Below are positions 54,850 to 63,224 of a stretch of 64,000 bases of DNA, in pieces. The notes under the pieces are model-generated. The model did not search any database. It was not told the origin of the DNA and saw nothing but the letters and a program-made list of their open reading frames with translations. Location of the stretch: positions 104,091 to 168,090 of the forward strand of contig JAFXFN010000006.1 of assembly GCA_017520505.1 (NCBI GenBank), given 5' to 3'. The translations under genes were made by a program, and so were the position numbers. The stretch's first letter is position 1. Each line of letters starts with the position of its first letter. Origin of the DNA: Clostridia bacterium (lineage in GTDB: Bacteria; Bacillota; Clostridia; Oscillospirales; CAG-272).

Positions 54850-55419
54850 ATGAACAAAAAGCAAACCGAACGATCGTTATCCGAAGCGGAATTTTTAAAA
54901 AGCTATTCCCAAGACGAATACCCCAAGCCGTCGCTCACGGCAGATATTGCAGTATTCAAAGACGGCAAAAATAACAAAAAAGAAATACTTTTGATAAAAC
55001 GCAAAAACCATCCTTTCAAAGGCTCGTACGCTCTTCCGGGCGGATTTGCAAATCCCGACGAAACAATAAAAGAAACAGCACAGCGTGAGCTTTATGAGGA
55101 AACCAAAGTAGAAAACATCAGCATCAGGCCGATAGATATGTTCACAAAGCCCGGACGCGATCCCCGAGGCTGGGTGGTTACATACGCATTTCTTGCAGAC
55201 ATCGGCAAAACGCCGATACAGGCGGTTGCAGGCGACGATGCCGCAGAGGCAATATGGTTCGAAATATCACGCAAAAATGATATTATCACACTTGAATACG
55301 ATAATATAAAAATAGAATTTGAAAACAAAAACGGAAGCACGGTATATAAAACCGACACAACGTTGGCGTTTGACCACGGCGAAATTCTGTCGGCGGCGTG
55401 TGACCTTTTAAAAATATAA
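54850..55419 (+). CDS. NUDIX hydrolase
   Basis: Nudix box GGFANPDETIKETAQRELYEETKV. ATG 54850 follows GGAG. The track's 24-aa extension is rejected. Confidence 0.8.
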   Translation: MNKKQTERSLSEAEFLKSYSQDEYPKPSLTADIAVFKDGKNNKKEILLIKRKNHPFKGSYALPGGFANPDETIKETAQRELYEETKVENISIRPIDMFTKPGRDPRGWVVTYAFLADIGKTPIQAVAGDDAAEAIWFEISRKNDIITLEYDNIKIEFENKNGSTVYKTDTTLAFDHGEILSAACDLLKI

Positions 55420-55444
55420 CATCAGAACATCAAAGAGGAATACG

Positions 55445-56305
55445 ATGTATAAAATACTAACCAAAAAATCACTTACTCCAACCGTTATACAGATGGAGAT
55501 AGAAGCACCGCTTGTCGCAAACAAGGCAAGACCGGGACAGTTCATCATTCTGCGTGTAGATGAAGACGGCGAAAGAATACCGCTTACAGTTGCGGGAACC
55601 GACCAAAAACGAGGTGCGGTCAAAATAATATTTCAGATAGTCGGCGCGACCACGAAAAAGCTTGATATTAAAAACGAGGGCGAATACATTGAGGACTTTG
55701 CAGGACCTCTTGGTGTCCCCACCCACACCGACGGCATTAAGAAGGTATGTATTGTCGGCGGCGGTGTCGGCTGTGCCATTGCCCTTCCTGTTGCCGAGGA
55801 ATTCAAAAGGCTCGGAGCCGAAGTCACAGGCATTATCGGCTTCAGACATCGTGATCTTCTTATACTTGAAGAAGAATTTTCATCCTGCTGTGACACGCTC
55901 ACCGTTATGACAGACGACGGCTCGTACGGTCGCGGCGGAAACGTAACAGTTCCTCTCAAGGAGATGCTCGAAAATGGCGAAAAATTCGATATGATAATCA
56001 CTATAGGTCCGCTTATAATGATGAAATTCGTCGTTGAAACAGCACGCCCCTACAACACCCCTGTAACAGTATCTATGAATCCCATTATGATAGACGGAAC
56101 GGGAATGTGCGGCGGCTGCCGTCTTACACTCAACCGTGACGGCAAGCGCATAACGAGCTTTGCCTGCGTTGACGGTCCCGACTTCAACGGATATGAGGTC
56201 GATTTTGACGAAGCGATGTCAAGAGGCCGTATGTACGCTGATTTTGAGCGTCACGCTTACGAAGACACGTGTAATCTTTTCAAGAAATCCGAGGGGGAAT
56301 TTTAA
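55445..56305 (+). CDS. nfnA: Ferredoxin-NADP reductase-like FAD/NAD(P)-binding subunit (NfnA / sulfide dehydrogenase small-subunit type)
   Basis: ARPGQFIILRV FAD-binding motif, GGGVGCA NAD-binding motif and a C-terminal Cys cluster (CGGCRL...C). It is paired with a GltD-like subunit. Confidence 0.65.
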   Translation: MYKILTKKSLTPTVIQMEIEAPLVANKARPGQFIILRVDEDGERIPLTVAGTDQKRGAVKIIFQIVGATTKKLDIKNEGEYIEDFAGPLGVPTHTDGIKKVCIVGGGVGCAIALPVAEEFKRLGAEVTGIIGFRHRDLLILEEEFSSCCDTLTVMTDDGSYGRGGNVTVPLKEMLENGEKFDMIITIGPLIMMKFVVETARPYNTPVTVSMNPIMIDGTGMCGGCRLTLNRDGKRITSFACVDGPDFNGYEVDFDEAMSRGRMYADFERHAYEDTCNLFKKSEGEF

Positions 56306-57715
56306 GTGGCTATTAAACCTGAAAAAAATCCGATGCCGACGCAGTCACCCGAAGAAAGGGCGCACAACTTTGACGAGGTGGCACTCGGATACACATACAA
56401 AATGGCAAAAGCGGAGGCTTCCCGCTGTCTTAACTGCAAAAACAAGCCCTGTGTCAACGGATGCCCGGTAAACATCGACATTCCCGGTTTTATCGATTAT
56501 ATAAAAAATGATGACATTGAGGGTGCTTACAAGCACATTTCAAAGTCATCGTCACTCCCTGCCGTGTGCGGAAGAGTTTGTCCGCAGGAATCCCAGTGTG
56601 AAAAGCACTGCACGCTCGGTATAAAATTTGAGCCTGTCGGAATAGGCAGACTTGAAAGATTCGTTGCAGATTATCATAACGAAAACAGCACCGACACTCC
56701 CGAAAGACCGACGTCAAACGGCAAGCGTGTTGCCGTTATCGGCTCAGGCCCATCGGGACTTACGTGTGCAGGCGACCTTGCCAAAAAGGGCTACGACGTA
56801 ACGGTATACGAGGCGCTTCACACAGCAGGCGGTGTGCTTGTTTACGGTATTCCCGAATTCAGACTGCCGAAGTCTATAGTAAAAAAAGAAATAGACACTC
56901 TCAAATCTCTCGGTGTCAAGATAGAAACAAACGTAATAATCGGAAAGACTCTTACCGTTGACGAGCTTTTTGATATGGGCTTTGAGGCTGTATTCATCGG
57001 CTCGGGCGCAGGACTTCCGAACTTTATGAATATCCCCGGCGAATCTCTCAAGGGTGTATATTCCGCAAACGAATTTCTGACAAGAAGCAACCTTATGAAG
57101 TCTTACCGCACAAACCCCGACACCCCTATTATGAAGGGCGGCCGTGTTGCCGTTGTCGGCGGCGGAAACGTTGCTATGGATGCGGCAAGAACGTCACTTC
57201 GTCTTGGTGCGGAAAAGGTCTATATCATATACAGAAGAAGTATGGATGAGCTTCCCGCAAGACGTGAGGAGGTAGAGCACGCAGAGGAGGAAGGAATAGA
57301 ATTCCGTCTTCTTTGCAATCCCGTTGAAATTTTGGGATACAAAAACGAAAACGATCCCAAAGATCCCAAAAACGGCTTTGTGAAAGCCATTAAATGTATA
57401 AAAATGGAACTTGGCGAGCCTGACGAAAAAGGCAGGCGCAGACCTGTTCCCGTGGAAAATTCAGAATTTTCTCTCGACATTGACACGGTTATAATGTCGA
57501 TCGGAACATCTCCGAATCCCCTTATAAAAAACACAACAAAAGGACTTGAGGTGAACAGCCGAGGCGGTATAGTCGTCAATGAAGACGGTCTTACGTCAAA
57601 AAATGCCGTATATGCAGGCGGTGATGCCGTAACGGGTGCGGCAACGGTTATTTCCGCAATGGGCGCAGGCAAAAAAGCGGCGCACGCCATTGACGAGCAC
57701 CTCAGAAACAAATAA
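56306..57715 (+). CDS. nfnB: GltD-like NADPH-dependent oxidoreductase large subunit (NfnB / glutamate synthase small-chain homolog)
   Basis: Two 4Fe-4S Cys motifs (CLNCKNKPC, CGRVCPQESQCEKHC) and the dinucleotide motifs VAVIGSGPSGL and VVGGGNVAMD. GTG start follows a GAGGGGG RBS. Confidence 0.7.
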   Translation: MAIKPEKNPMPTQSPEERAHNFDEVALGYTYKMAKAEASRCLNCKNKPCVNGCPVNIDIPGFIDYIKNDDIEGAYKHISKSSSLPAVCGRVCPQESQCEKHCTLGIKFEPVGIGRLERFVADYHNENSTDTPERPTSNGKRVAVIGSGPSGLTCAGDLAKKGYDVTVYEALHTAGGVLVYGIPEFRLPKSIVKKEIDTLKSLGVKIETNVIIGKTLTVDELFDMGFEAVFIGSGAGLPNFMNIPGESLKGVYSANEFLTRSNLMKSYRTNPDTPIMKGGRVAVVGGGNVAMDAARTSLRLGAEKVYIIYRRSMDELPARREEVEHAEEEGIEFRLLCNPVEILGYKNENDPKDPKNGFVKAIKCIKMELGEPDEKGRRRPVPVENSEFSLDIDTVIMSIGTSPNPLIKNTTKGLEVNSRGGIVVNEDGLTSKNAVYAGGDAVTGAATVISAMGAGKKAAHAIDEHLRNK

Positions 57716-57716
57716 T

Positions 57717-58538
57717 ATGAAGCTTTATATTTGTCCTAATCTTTCGAAGGAAAGATATATTAAAACCTCTCATCTTTGTATAGAGGCACTTTCAAAAAAC
57801 GGCTTTGAATGTTATTTTTCAAAAGAAGATTCAGTAACTCTTTTCGGAAATGACAAACACACACTTTCGCCGTCTGATGCCGATATTATCGTTTCAGTCG
57901 GAGGTGACGGCGCTGTGCTGAATGCCGCAAAAACGGCAATAGAATATAACAAGCCGCTGCTCGGCATAAACGGAGGACGGCTTGGTTATCTCTGCGCTTA
58001 CGAGCTGGATTCATCAAAAGACATAACACCCGAATCGGTAGAAACGCTTGTAAGATCGCAAAGAAGCACCGTTTGCTTTGATAACGGCAGGATATGCAAA
58101 ACAGCGTTGAATGATATAGTTATAGCGAAAGGAAATTACGGCTCCGTCATAAAAATTGATGTTTTATGCGACGAAAAACCTCTTATGTCCTTCCGTGGCG
58201 ACGGCATCATCATATCAACGCCCACAGGCTCAACATCATACAACTTTTCCGCAGGTGGTCCCGTGCTTTTGCCCGAAAGCAGTTGCTTTGCCGTAACACC
58301 GATATGCCCGCATCTTTCCGATGCAAGAACGATCGTCGTACCCGACACGTGTAAGCTTGGCGTAAGTGTTTCCGATAACACAAGCAATCCTGCCTACATA
58401 TACTGCGACGGTATTTCTTACGGCGAGGTAAATTCAAAAATAACGGTGAACAAAGGTGAAAAAAGTCTTATACTTCTTGTAAATGACCTTTGCAGCTTTG
58501 TAAATAATGAAAAACTGCACAACACATCGTTATTATAA
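57717..58538 (+). CDS. nadK: NAD kinase
   Basis: GGDGAVL and NGGRLGYL motifs. ATG 57717 lies directly after the upstream stop. The track's 27-aa extension is rejected. Confidence 0.85.
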   Translation: MKLYICPNLSKERYIKTSHLCIEALSKNGFECYFSKEDSVTLFGNDKHTLSPSDADIIVSVGGDGAVLNAAKTAIEYNKPLLGINGGRLGYLCAYELDSSKDITPESVETLVRSQRSTVCFDNGRICKTALNDIVIAKGNYGSVIKIDVLCDEKPLMSFRGDGIIISTPTGSTSYNFSAGGPVLLPESSCFAVTPICPHLSDARTIVVPDTCKLGVSVSDNTSNPAYIYCDGISYGEVNSKITVNKGEKSLILLVNDLCSFVNNEKLHNTSLL

Positions 58539-58551
58539 TTTAATACAAATC

Positions 58552-58585
58552 AAAAGAACTGCGGTAATAATACCGCAGTTCTTTT
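58552..58585. terminator. Bidirectional intrinsic terminator (nadK and rplS)
   Basis: AAAAGAACTGCGGTA/TACCGCAGTTCTTTT perfect stem with a 4-nt loop. Confidence 0.8.
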
Positions 58586-58587
58586 GA

Positions 58588-58932
58588 TTATCTTACCTGT
58601 TCCTTAGTTTTGGCTGCCTTACCTACTCTATCACGGAGATAGTAAAGCTTAGCACGTCTTACTTTACCGATTCTTACAGTTTCAACCTTTTCAACTGTGG
58701 GAGAATGCAGGTTAAACGTCTTTTCAACGCCTACACCGTATGCGATTCTTCTTACGGTAAATGTTTCGGAAATACCGCTGTTACGCTTTGCGATAACTGT
58801 GCCTTCGAAGATCTGAGTTCTTGTTCTGGAACCTTCAACGATCTTGTTATGAACACGAACGGTGTCACCGATCTCAACCTTGGGAGCATCAGCCTTGAGC
58901 TGATCTGCGACAAATGCCTTCAACAAATCCAT
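58588..58932 (-). CDS. rplS: 50S ribosomal protein L19
   Basis: The protein reads MDLLKAF....QLK...P...[20 protein letters not shown] and ends in the KAKIKE-type tail. ATG 58932 follows GGAGG. The track extension is rejected. Confidence 0.95.
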   Translation of the reverse strand: MDLLKAFVADQLKADAPKVEIGDTVRVHNKIVEGSRTRTQIFEGTVIAKRNSGISETFTVRRIAYGVGVEKTFNLHSPTVEKVETVRIGKVRRAKLYYLRDRVGKAAKTKEQVR

Positions 58933-59030
58933 TTTTATGGACCTCCAAAATAAATAATCTCCGCGCATTCACGGCGTTACACGCCGGCGGACTGCCCTGA
59001 CGGCTTGTGAGTAAGGACAACCCACAAACA
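58933..59030 (-). promoter_or_regulatory. Structured 5' leader of rplS (candidate L19 autoregulatory leader)
   Basis: The leader is about 97 nt, running from the predicted promoter to the SD. It contains a nested stem UCCGC-CGGCG-UGUAA-CGCCG-UGAAU-GCGGA plus an upstream UUGUG/CACAA stem. Confidence 0.4.
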
Positions 59031-59035
59031 AAGTA

Positions 59036-59064
59036 ATTTTACCATAAAATATGAGATTTGTCAA
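59036..59064 (-). promoter_or_regulatory. Sigma-A type promoter of rplS (TTGACA-17 nt-TAAAAT on the minus strand)
   Basis: The rc of 59059-59064 is TTGACA and the rc of 59036-59041 is TAAAAT. Confidence 0.55.
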
Positions 59065-59112
59065 GCATTTTTTATCTTTTTATGCGTATCTGCTCATTAA
59101 TTTACAAACGGT

Positions 59113-59628
59113 TCATTCAACCTCAGGCACAAGAAATCCACGAATCTTTAATTCTTTTTCTATTTTATCAAGCGTTTCGTTGCTGTCCGCCTTGACGGTA
59201 TGGTAATGATAACCGTCTGTGATATTCATAAGCTCTGTTGAACGGCCGCTGTTTATGCCGTCCATAAACTGCTCAATTCCCCTTTTGGAGAAAATATTGA
59301 GCTTTGCCTGTACCTTTCCGTACACCTTGTGCCACACAAACACATCGTCAACCGTACCGCCCATATCAACGATCAGTGAAAGCTCCTCTTTTGTTCTGTC
59401 GCTCATGTGACGAACCTTGAACGCACGCTCCGCCTTTGGTGTTTCATTCAAAATATAACCGCTGTGTGTTGACAGTATCTCATAGCCAGCCGCCTTCAGT
59501 ATCGCAATATCGTGAACTATTATCTGGCGGGAAACGTCAAGCGCCTCTGCAAGCTCACTGCCGGATACGGGTCCTTTTTCAGATACAAGGCGTGAAATTA
59601 TTTCTTTTCTTCTTAATTCTGCTTTCAT
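59113..59628 (-). CDS. niaR: NAD-biosynthesis transcriptional repressor NiaR (YrxA) with HTH and 3H domains
   Basis: N-terminal HTH (SGSELAEALDVSRQIIVHDIAILKAAGYEI), a C-terminal 3H-type domain, and location as the last gene of the nadABC operon. Confidence 0.8.
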   Translation of the reverse strand: MKAELRRKEIISRLVSEKGPVSGSELAEALDVSRQIIVHDIAILKAAGYEILSTHSGYILNETPKAERAFKVRHMSDRTKEELSLIVDMGGTVDDVFVWHKVYGKVQAKLNIFSKRGIEQFMDGINSGRSTELMNITDGYHYHTVKADSNETLDKIEKELKIRGFLVPEVE

Positions 59629-59637
59629 TCTGCCCCC

Positions 59638-60489
59638 TTATATCGAGTGGAGATTTTTAAGCGACAAATCAAGTATGGGGGATGAATGTGTCAGCGCACC
59701 GCTTGAAATATAGTCAACACCGATATCCGTAAGACGCTTGATATTTTCCTTTGTAACATTGCCGCTGCATTCCGTTTCTGCTCTGCCCTTTGCAAGCTTC
59801 ACGGCTTCTTTCATATCATCAGGGCTCATATTGTCAAGCATTATGATGTCAGCACCCGCTTCAAGTGCTTCCTTGAACATTTCAAGGTTCTCAACCTCAA
59901 TTTCGATTTTTCTTACAAACGGAGCATATTCCTTTGCCATTTGCACCGCCTTTGTAATGCTTCCTGCCGCGCCTATGTGGTTATCCTTCAGCAAAATACC
60001 GTCGCTGAGATTATATCTGTGGTTGTGACCTCCGCCGACCTTTACAGAATATTTTTCAAAAACACGCATATTCGGTGTCGTTTTTCTTGTGTCAAGCAGC
60101 TTTGTTTCCGTACCCTCCAAAAGCTTGGCAACACCTCTGGTGTACGTTGCAACACCCGACATACGCTGTAAATAGTTAAGGGCAACTCTTTCACCCGACA
60201 AAAGAACACGGATATCGCCTCTGATAACACCTATTTTATCCTTGTTTTTGACTTCGTCGCCGTCCTTGAAATAGAACTCAAATTCAGTATTTTTGTCAAG
60301 AAGCTCAAAAACTCTCTTGAAAACAGCAAGACCTGCAAGGACGCCGTCCTGCTTGCAGATAAGCTCAACCTCGCCCTTCTGATATTCACGCATTACGGAA
60401 TTTGTTGTGATGTCCTCGCTTGTTATATCTTCCCTCAAAGCACTTAAAATAAGCTCATCGGCATTCATCATCATTGTTATCTCATTCAT
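59638..60489 (-). CDS. nadC: Nicotinate-nucleotide pyrophosphorylase (carboxylating)
   Basis: DTRKTTP, LKDNHI and MLDNM motifs, 283 aa, in nad operon context. Confidence 0.9.
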   Translation of the reverse strand: MNEITMMMNADELILSALREDITSEDITTNSVMREYQKGEVELICKQDGVLAGLAVFKRVFELLDKNTEFEFYFKDGDEVKNKDKIGVIRGDIRVLLSGERVALNYLQRMSGVATYTRGVAKLLEGTETKLLDTRKTTPNMRVFEKYSVKVGGGHNHRYNLSDGILLKDNHIGAAGSITKAVQMAKEYAPFVRKIEIEVENLEMFKEALEAGADIIMLDNMSPDDMKEAVKLAKGRAETECSGNVTKENIKRLTDIGVDYISSGALTHSSPILDLSLKNLHSI

Positions 60490-61759
60490 GTTTCTTCTTC
60501 TCTCTTTCTATAGCATCAAGTACCGTTTTTCTGTATTCTTCCTCACAGCCGTCGTAAACCGAAAAGTCAATTTTTTTGTTTGTATGCACCGCTTCGGTGT
60601 ATGTTTTCGTTATTCTGTTTGCGGCACGCTTTGCAAACACAAGACTTTCCAAAAGCGAATTGCTTGCAAGCCTGTTCTTACCGTGCACACCGTTACACGC
60701 TGTCTCTCCCGATGCGTACAGCCTGTCCATTGACGTTTTGCTGTATTTATCAACATATATACCGCCCATAAAGTAGTGTTGTGCGGGCACAACGGGAATC
60801 GGCTCTTTTGTTGCATCATACCCTTCCTCAAGGCACTTTGCACAAATGTTCGGAAAATGGCTTTCTATCTCCTCTTTCGGAATAGGTGCAAGCGACAGCC
60901 ACACGTGTTTAGCATCCGTTTTAGCCATTTCTTCGAATATTGCATTTGCCACAACATCCCTCGGCAAAAGCTCATTTACAAATCTTTCGCCTTTGTCGTT
61001 AAGAAGTATTGCCCCCTCGCCTCTTACAGATTCGGAAATGAGAAAATCACGTCCATTTTTCTTTTTCTTTGTATAAAGCGTCGTTGGGTGTATCTGTATA
61101 TAATCGATGTTTTTCAACTTCACACCGTGCTTTATCGCAATCGCCAAGGCATCGCCCGTCAAGTGCGGAAAGTTTGTCGAATGCTTGTAAAGACCGCCGA
61201 TGCCGCCTGTTGCAAGCATTGTATAATCGGCATAAACAGCCTTGTATTTCCCTTTTTCGTCACGGTAGACAATACCTGCACATTCACCGTCATTTTCGAT
61301 TATATCGACCATTGTAGAATGTTCTTTAAGCGTTACGTTGTCAAGCTTTTTAACGGCTTTCAGAAGATTTTTCGTTATCTCCTTACCTGTTTCGTCCTTG
61401 TGGAAAAGTATTCTGTTTTTGGTGTGTGCGCCCTCTTTTGTATAGGCAAGTTCGCCGTTTTCTTTTTCAAAATCAACACCGTATGATATAAGGTCATTTA
61501 TGACCTTACGAGAGGAGCGTATCATAATGTCAACAGATTCTTTTCTGTTTTCGTAGTGGCCTGCACGCATCGTGTCCTCAAAAAATGAATCGTAATCATC
61601 TTTATCTCTCAAAACGCAGATACCGCCTTGAGCCAGAAACGAATCGCTGTTTTCCGCCTCATCCTTCGTTATCATAAGTATTTTTTTATCTCTCGGAAGA
61701 TTCAGGGCAAAGTATAGACCACTAACCCCGCATCCGACAATTACAATATCGGTTTTCAT
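60482..61759 (-). CDS. nadB: L-aspartate oxidase
   Basis: The FAD motif DIVIVGCGVSGL, a flavoprotein fold and nad operon context support the call. ATG 61759 follows GGAG. The track start at 61786 would overlap nadA. Confidence 0.85.
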   Translation of the reverse strand: MKTDIVIVGCGVSGLYFALNLPRDKKILMITKDEAENSDSFLAQGGICVLRDKDDYDSFFEDTMRAGHYENRKESVDIMIRSSRKVINDLISYGVDFEKENGELAYTKEGAHTKNRILFHKDETGKEITKNLLKAVKKLDNVTLKEHSTMVDIIENDGECAGIVYRDEKGKYKAVYADYTMLATGGIGGLYKHSTNFPHLTGDALAIAIKHGVKLKNIDYIQIHPTTLYTKKKKNGRDFLISESVRGEGAILLNDKGERFVNELLPRDVVANAIFEEMAKTDAKHVWLSLAPIPKEEIESHFPNICAKCLEEGYDATKEPIPVVPAQHYFMGGIYVDKYSKTSMDRLYASGETACNGVHGKNRLASNSLLESLVFAKRAANRITKTYTEAVHTNKKIDFSVYDGCEEEYRKTVLDAIEREKKKHE

Positions 61760-61769
61760 ATTTTCTCCG

Positions 61770-62681
61770 TTATTTTGCGCTTTCAAGCATTCGCTTCAAT
61801 GGTAAAAGTGCTTTTTCCCTTTTTGTTTTACTAACTTTTATTTCATTTTCGCCCGTTTTTAAAACGTGCAGTAATTTTTCAGGAGTGTTCAGCTTCATAT
61901 CCATGCATTTGAACTGTTCACCTGCAAAGTAAAATTTCTTGTCGGGATTGTTTTTCTTCAAAGGATATCCGACACCGTCTTCGGTGCAGATGATAAACTC
62001 TCCGTACTCGCTTTCGCTTGCATATTTCAGTATATCGGCGGTGCTTCCTATGTAATCGGAAAGCTCAAGTATTTCTCTTTCACACTCGGGATGAGTAAGC
62101 ACCTTTGCCATCGGGTGCTCTTCAATCGTTTTTTTCAAATCATCGACCGTCAGTGCAGCGTGTATCGGGCAGTAGCCGTCATTTAAAATTATATTTTTTT
62201 CGGGAACTTGTTCTGCAACATAGCCGCCGAGATTTTTGTCGGGAATGAAAAAGATGTTTTTGTTGGGAAGATTTTTCACTATCTTAACTGCATTTGAGGA
62301 AGTTACGCAAATGTCGCTGTGGCATTTCAGATCAGCCGTTGAATTAATGTAGCACACAACAGCCAAATCGTCGTATTCCTTTCGCAGCTTTTTTATCTTC
62401 TCCACCGATGCCATATGCGCCATTGCGCAGTCAGCACTAATATCGGGAACAAGAACCGTCTTTTCGGGGTTTATGATCTTAACGCTCTCTGCCATAAATC
62501 CGACACCGCAAAAAACGATAAGGTCTTCGGGGATATTCTCGGCAAGCCTTGCAAGGTAAAATGAATCACCTACGTAATCGGCAACCGACTGTATTTCATC
62601 AGGCGCATAGTAGTGCGCAAGAATTACTGCGTTTTTTTCTTTTTTAAGATTTATTATCTCGTTTAAAATATCACTTGTCAT
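61770..62681 (-). CDS. nadA: Quinolinate synthase
   Basis: ILAHYY, the Cys ligand context (CAMAHM, YINS) and HPEC motifs, 303 aa. Confidence 0.9.
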   Translation of the reverse strand: MTSDILNEIINLKKEKNAVILAHYYAPDEIQSVADYVGDSFYLARLAENIPEDLIVFCGVGFMAESVKIINPEKTVLVPDISADCAMAHMASVEKIKKLRKEYDDLAVVCYINSTADLKCHSDICVTSSNAVKIVKNLPNKNIFFIPDKNLGGYVAEQVPEKNIILNDGYCPIHAALTVDDLKKTIEEHPMAKVLTHPECEREILELSDYIGSTADILKYASESEYGEFIICTEDGVGYPLKKNNPDKKFYFAGEQFKCMDMKLNTPEKLLHVLKTGENEIKVSKTKREKALLPLKRMLESAK

Positions 62682-62722
62682 AATTTTCTTTCCATTCGGA
62701 TAAAATGATTTAAATTGTCGCT

Positions 62723-62772
62723 ATTGTACCACAAAATTTGACATCTGTCAAGTCATCTGTAAAATTATCTGT
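62723..62772 (-). promoter_or_regulatory. nadA promoter (TTGACA-17 nt-TACAAT) with overlapping palindrome TTGACATCTGTCAA; candidate NiaR operator
   Basis: The rc of 62746-62751 is TTGACA and the rc of 62723-62728 is TACAAT. A perfect 14-bp palindrome lies at 62738-62751, and ATCTGT recurs at 62743, 62755 and 62767 (12-nt spacing). Confidence 0.5.
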
Positions 62773-62837
62773 AAACTTATGTGTAAAGTCAGAATTTTAA
62801 AAAAATTGTAAAAAGCAAAAAAATTTCAAAAAACATC

Positions 62838-62866
62838 TTGCAAAAATCATTAATATGTGATATTAT
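62838..62866 (+). promoter_or_regulatory. Promoter of tRNA-Leu (TTGCAA-17 nt-TATTAT)
   Basis: TTGCAA at 62838-62843 and TATTAT at 62861-62866, about 12 nt upstream of the tRNA 5' end. Confidence 0.5.
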
Positions 62867-62877
62867 AACAGAGGTAC

Positions 62878-62964
62878 GCCGGTGTGATGGAATTGGCAGA
62901 CGTGCTGGACTCAAAATCCAGTGGTAGCGATACCGTGCGGGTTCGACCCCCGCCACCGGCACCA
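62878..62964 (+). tRNA. tRNA-Leu (anticodon CAA) with encoded CCA
   Basis: Manual cloverleaf: acceptor stem GCCGGTG/CACCGGC, D-loop AATTGGCAGA, anticodon stem-loop CTGGA-CTCAAAA-TCCAG, long variable arm GGTA-GCGA-TACC, T arm GCGGG-TTCGACC-CCCGC, A73 and CCA. Confidence 0.95.
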
Positions 62965-62970
62965 GAAAAA

Positions 62971-63003
62971 ACGACAAGTTTCGAAAGAAACTTGTCGTTT
63001 TTT
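62971..63003 (+). terminator. Intrinsic terminator after tRNA-Leu
   Basis: ACGACAAGTTTC/GAAACTTGTCGT stem with a 4-nt loop, followed by TTTTTT. Confidence 0.8.
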
Positions 63004-63004
63004 C

Positions 63005-63175
63005 AACGAAGCGTTCCCTTCGGGAACATGATGTCGCTGTGCTAATGATGTCACTTCGTTAATGATGTGTTGCTTCGCAACATTAAGGAACGCTTCGCAT
63101 CATAAATGAGCGAAGCGAATTTACATCATATTGCGCACAGCGCAATACATCATATCGCACAAGCGATACATCATT
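63005..63175. repeat. Array of ATGATGT / ACATCAT heptamers interleaved with short GC hairpins
   Basis: ATGATGT occurs at 63028, 63045 and 63062 (17-nt spacing). (A/G)CATCAT occurs at 63097, 63123, 63147 and 63168. Hairpins include GTTCCC-TTC-GGGAAC, GTTGC-TTC-GCAAC, ATTGCGC-ACA-GCGCAAT and ATCGC-ACAA-GCGAT. An 11-bp long-range complement joins 63007-63017 and 63087-63097. Confidence 0.6.
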
Positions 63176-63202
63176 GAAAAGCACAACAAATTTTGATATA
63201 AT
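63174..63202 (+). promoter_or_regulatory. Promoter (TTGAAA-17 nt-TATAAT) of the methyltransferase gene
   Basis: TTGAAA at 63174-63179 and TATAAT at 63197-63202. Confidence 0.5.
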
Positions 63203-63224
63203 ACTAATGAAATAAGGTGCATTT

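Noticed and set aside
62789-62977. 62-aa minus-strand ORF (MSFFLVPVAGVEPARYRYHW...)
   Set aside because: It is the reverse-strand read-through of tRNA-Leu. The VEPAR-type translation is a classic artefact of a tRNA T-arm.
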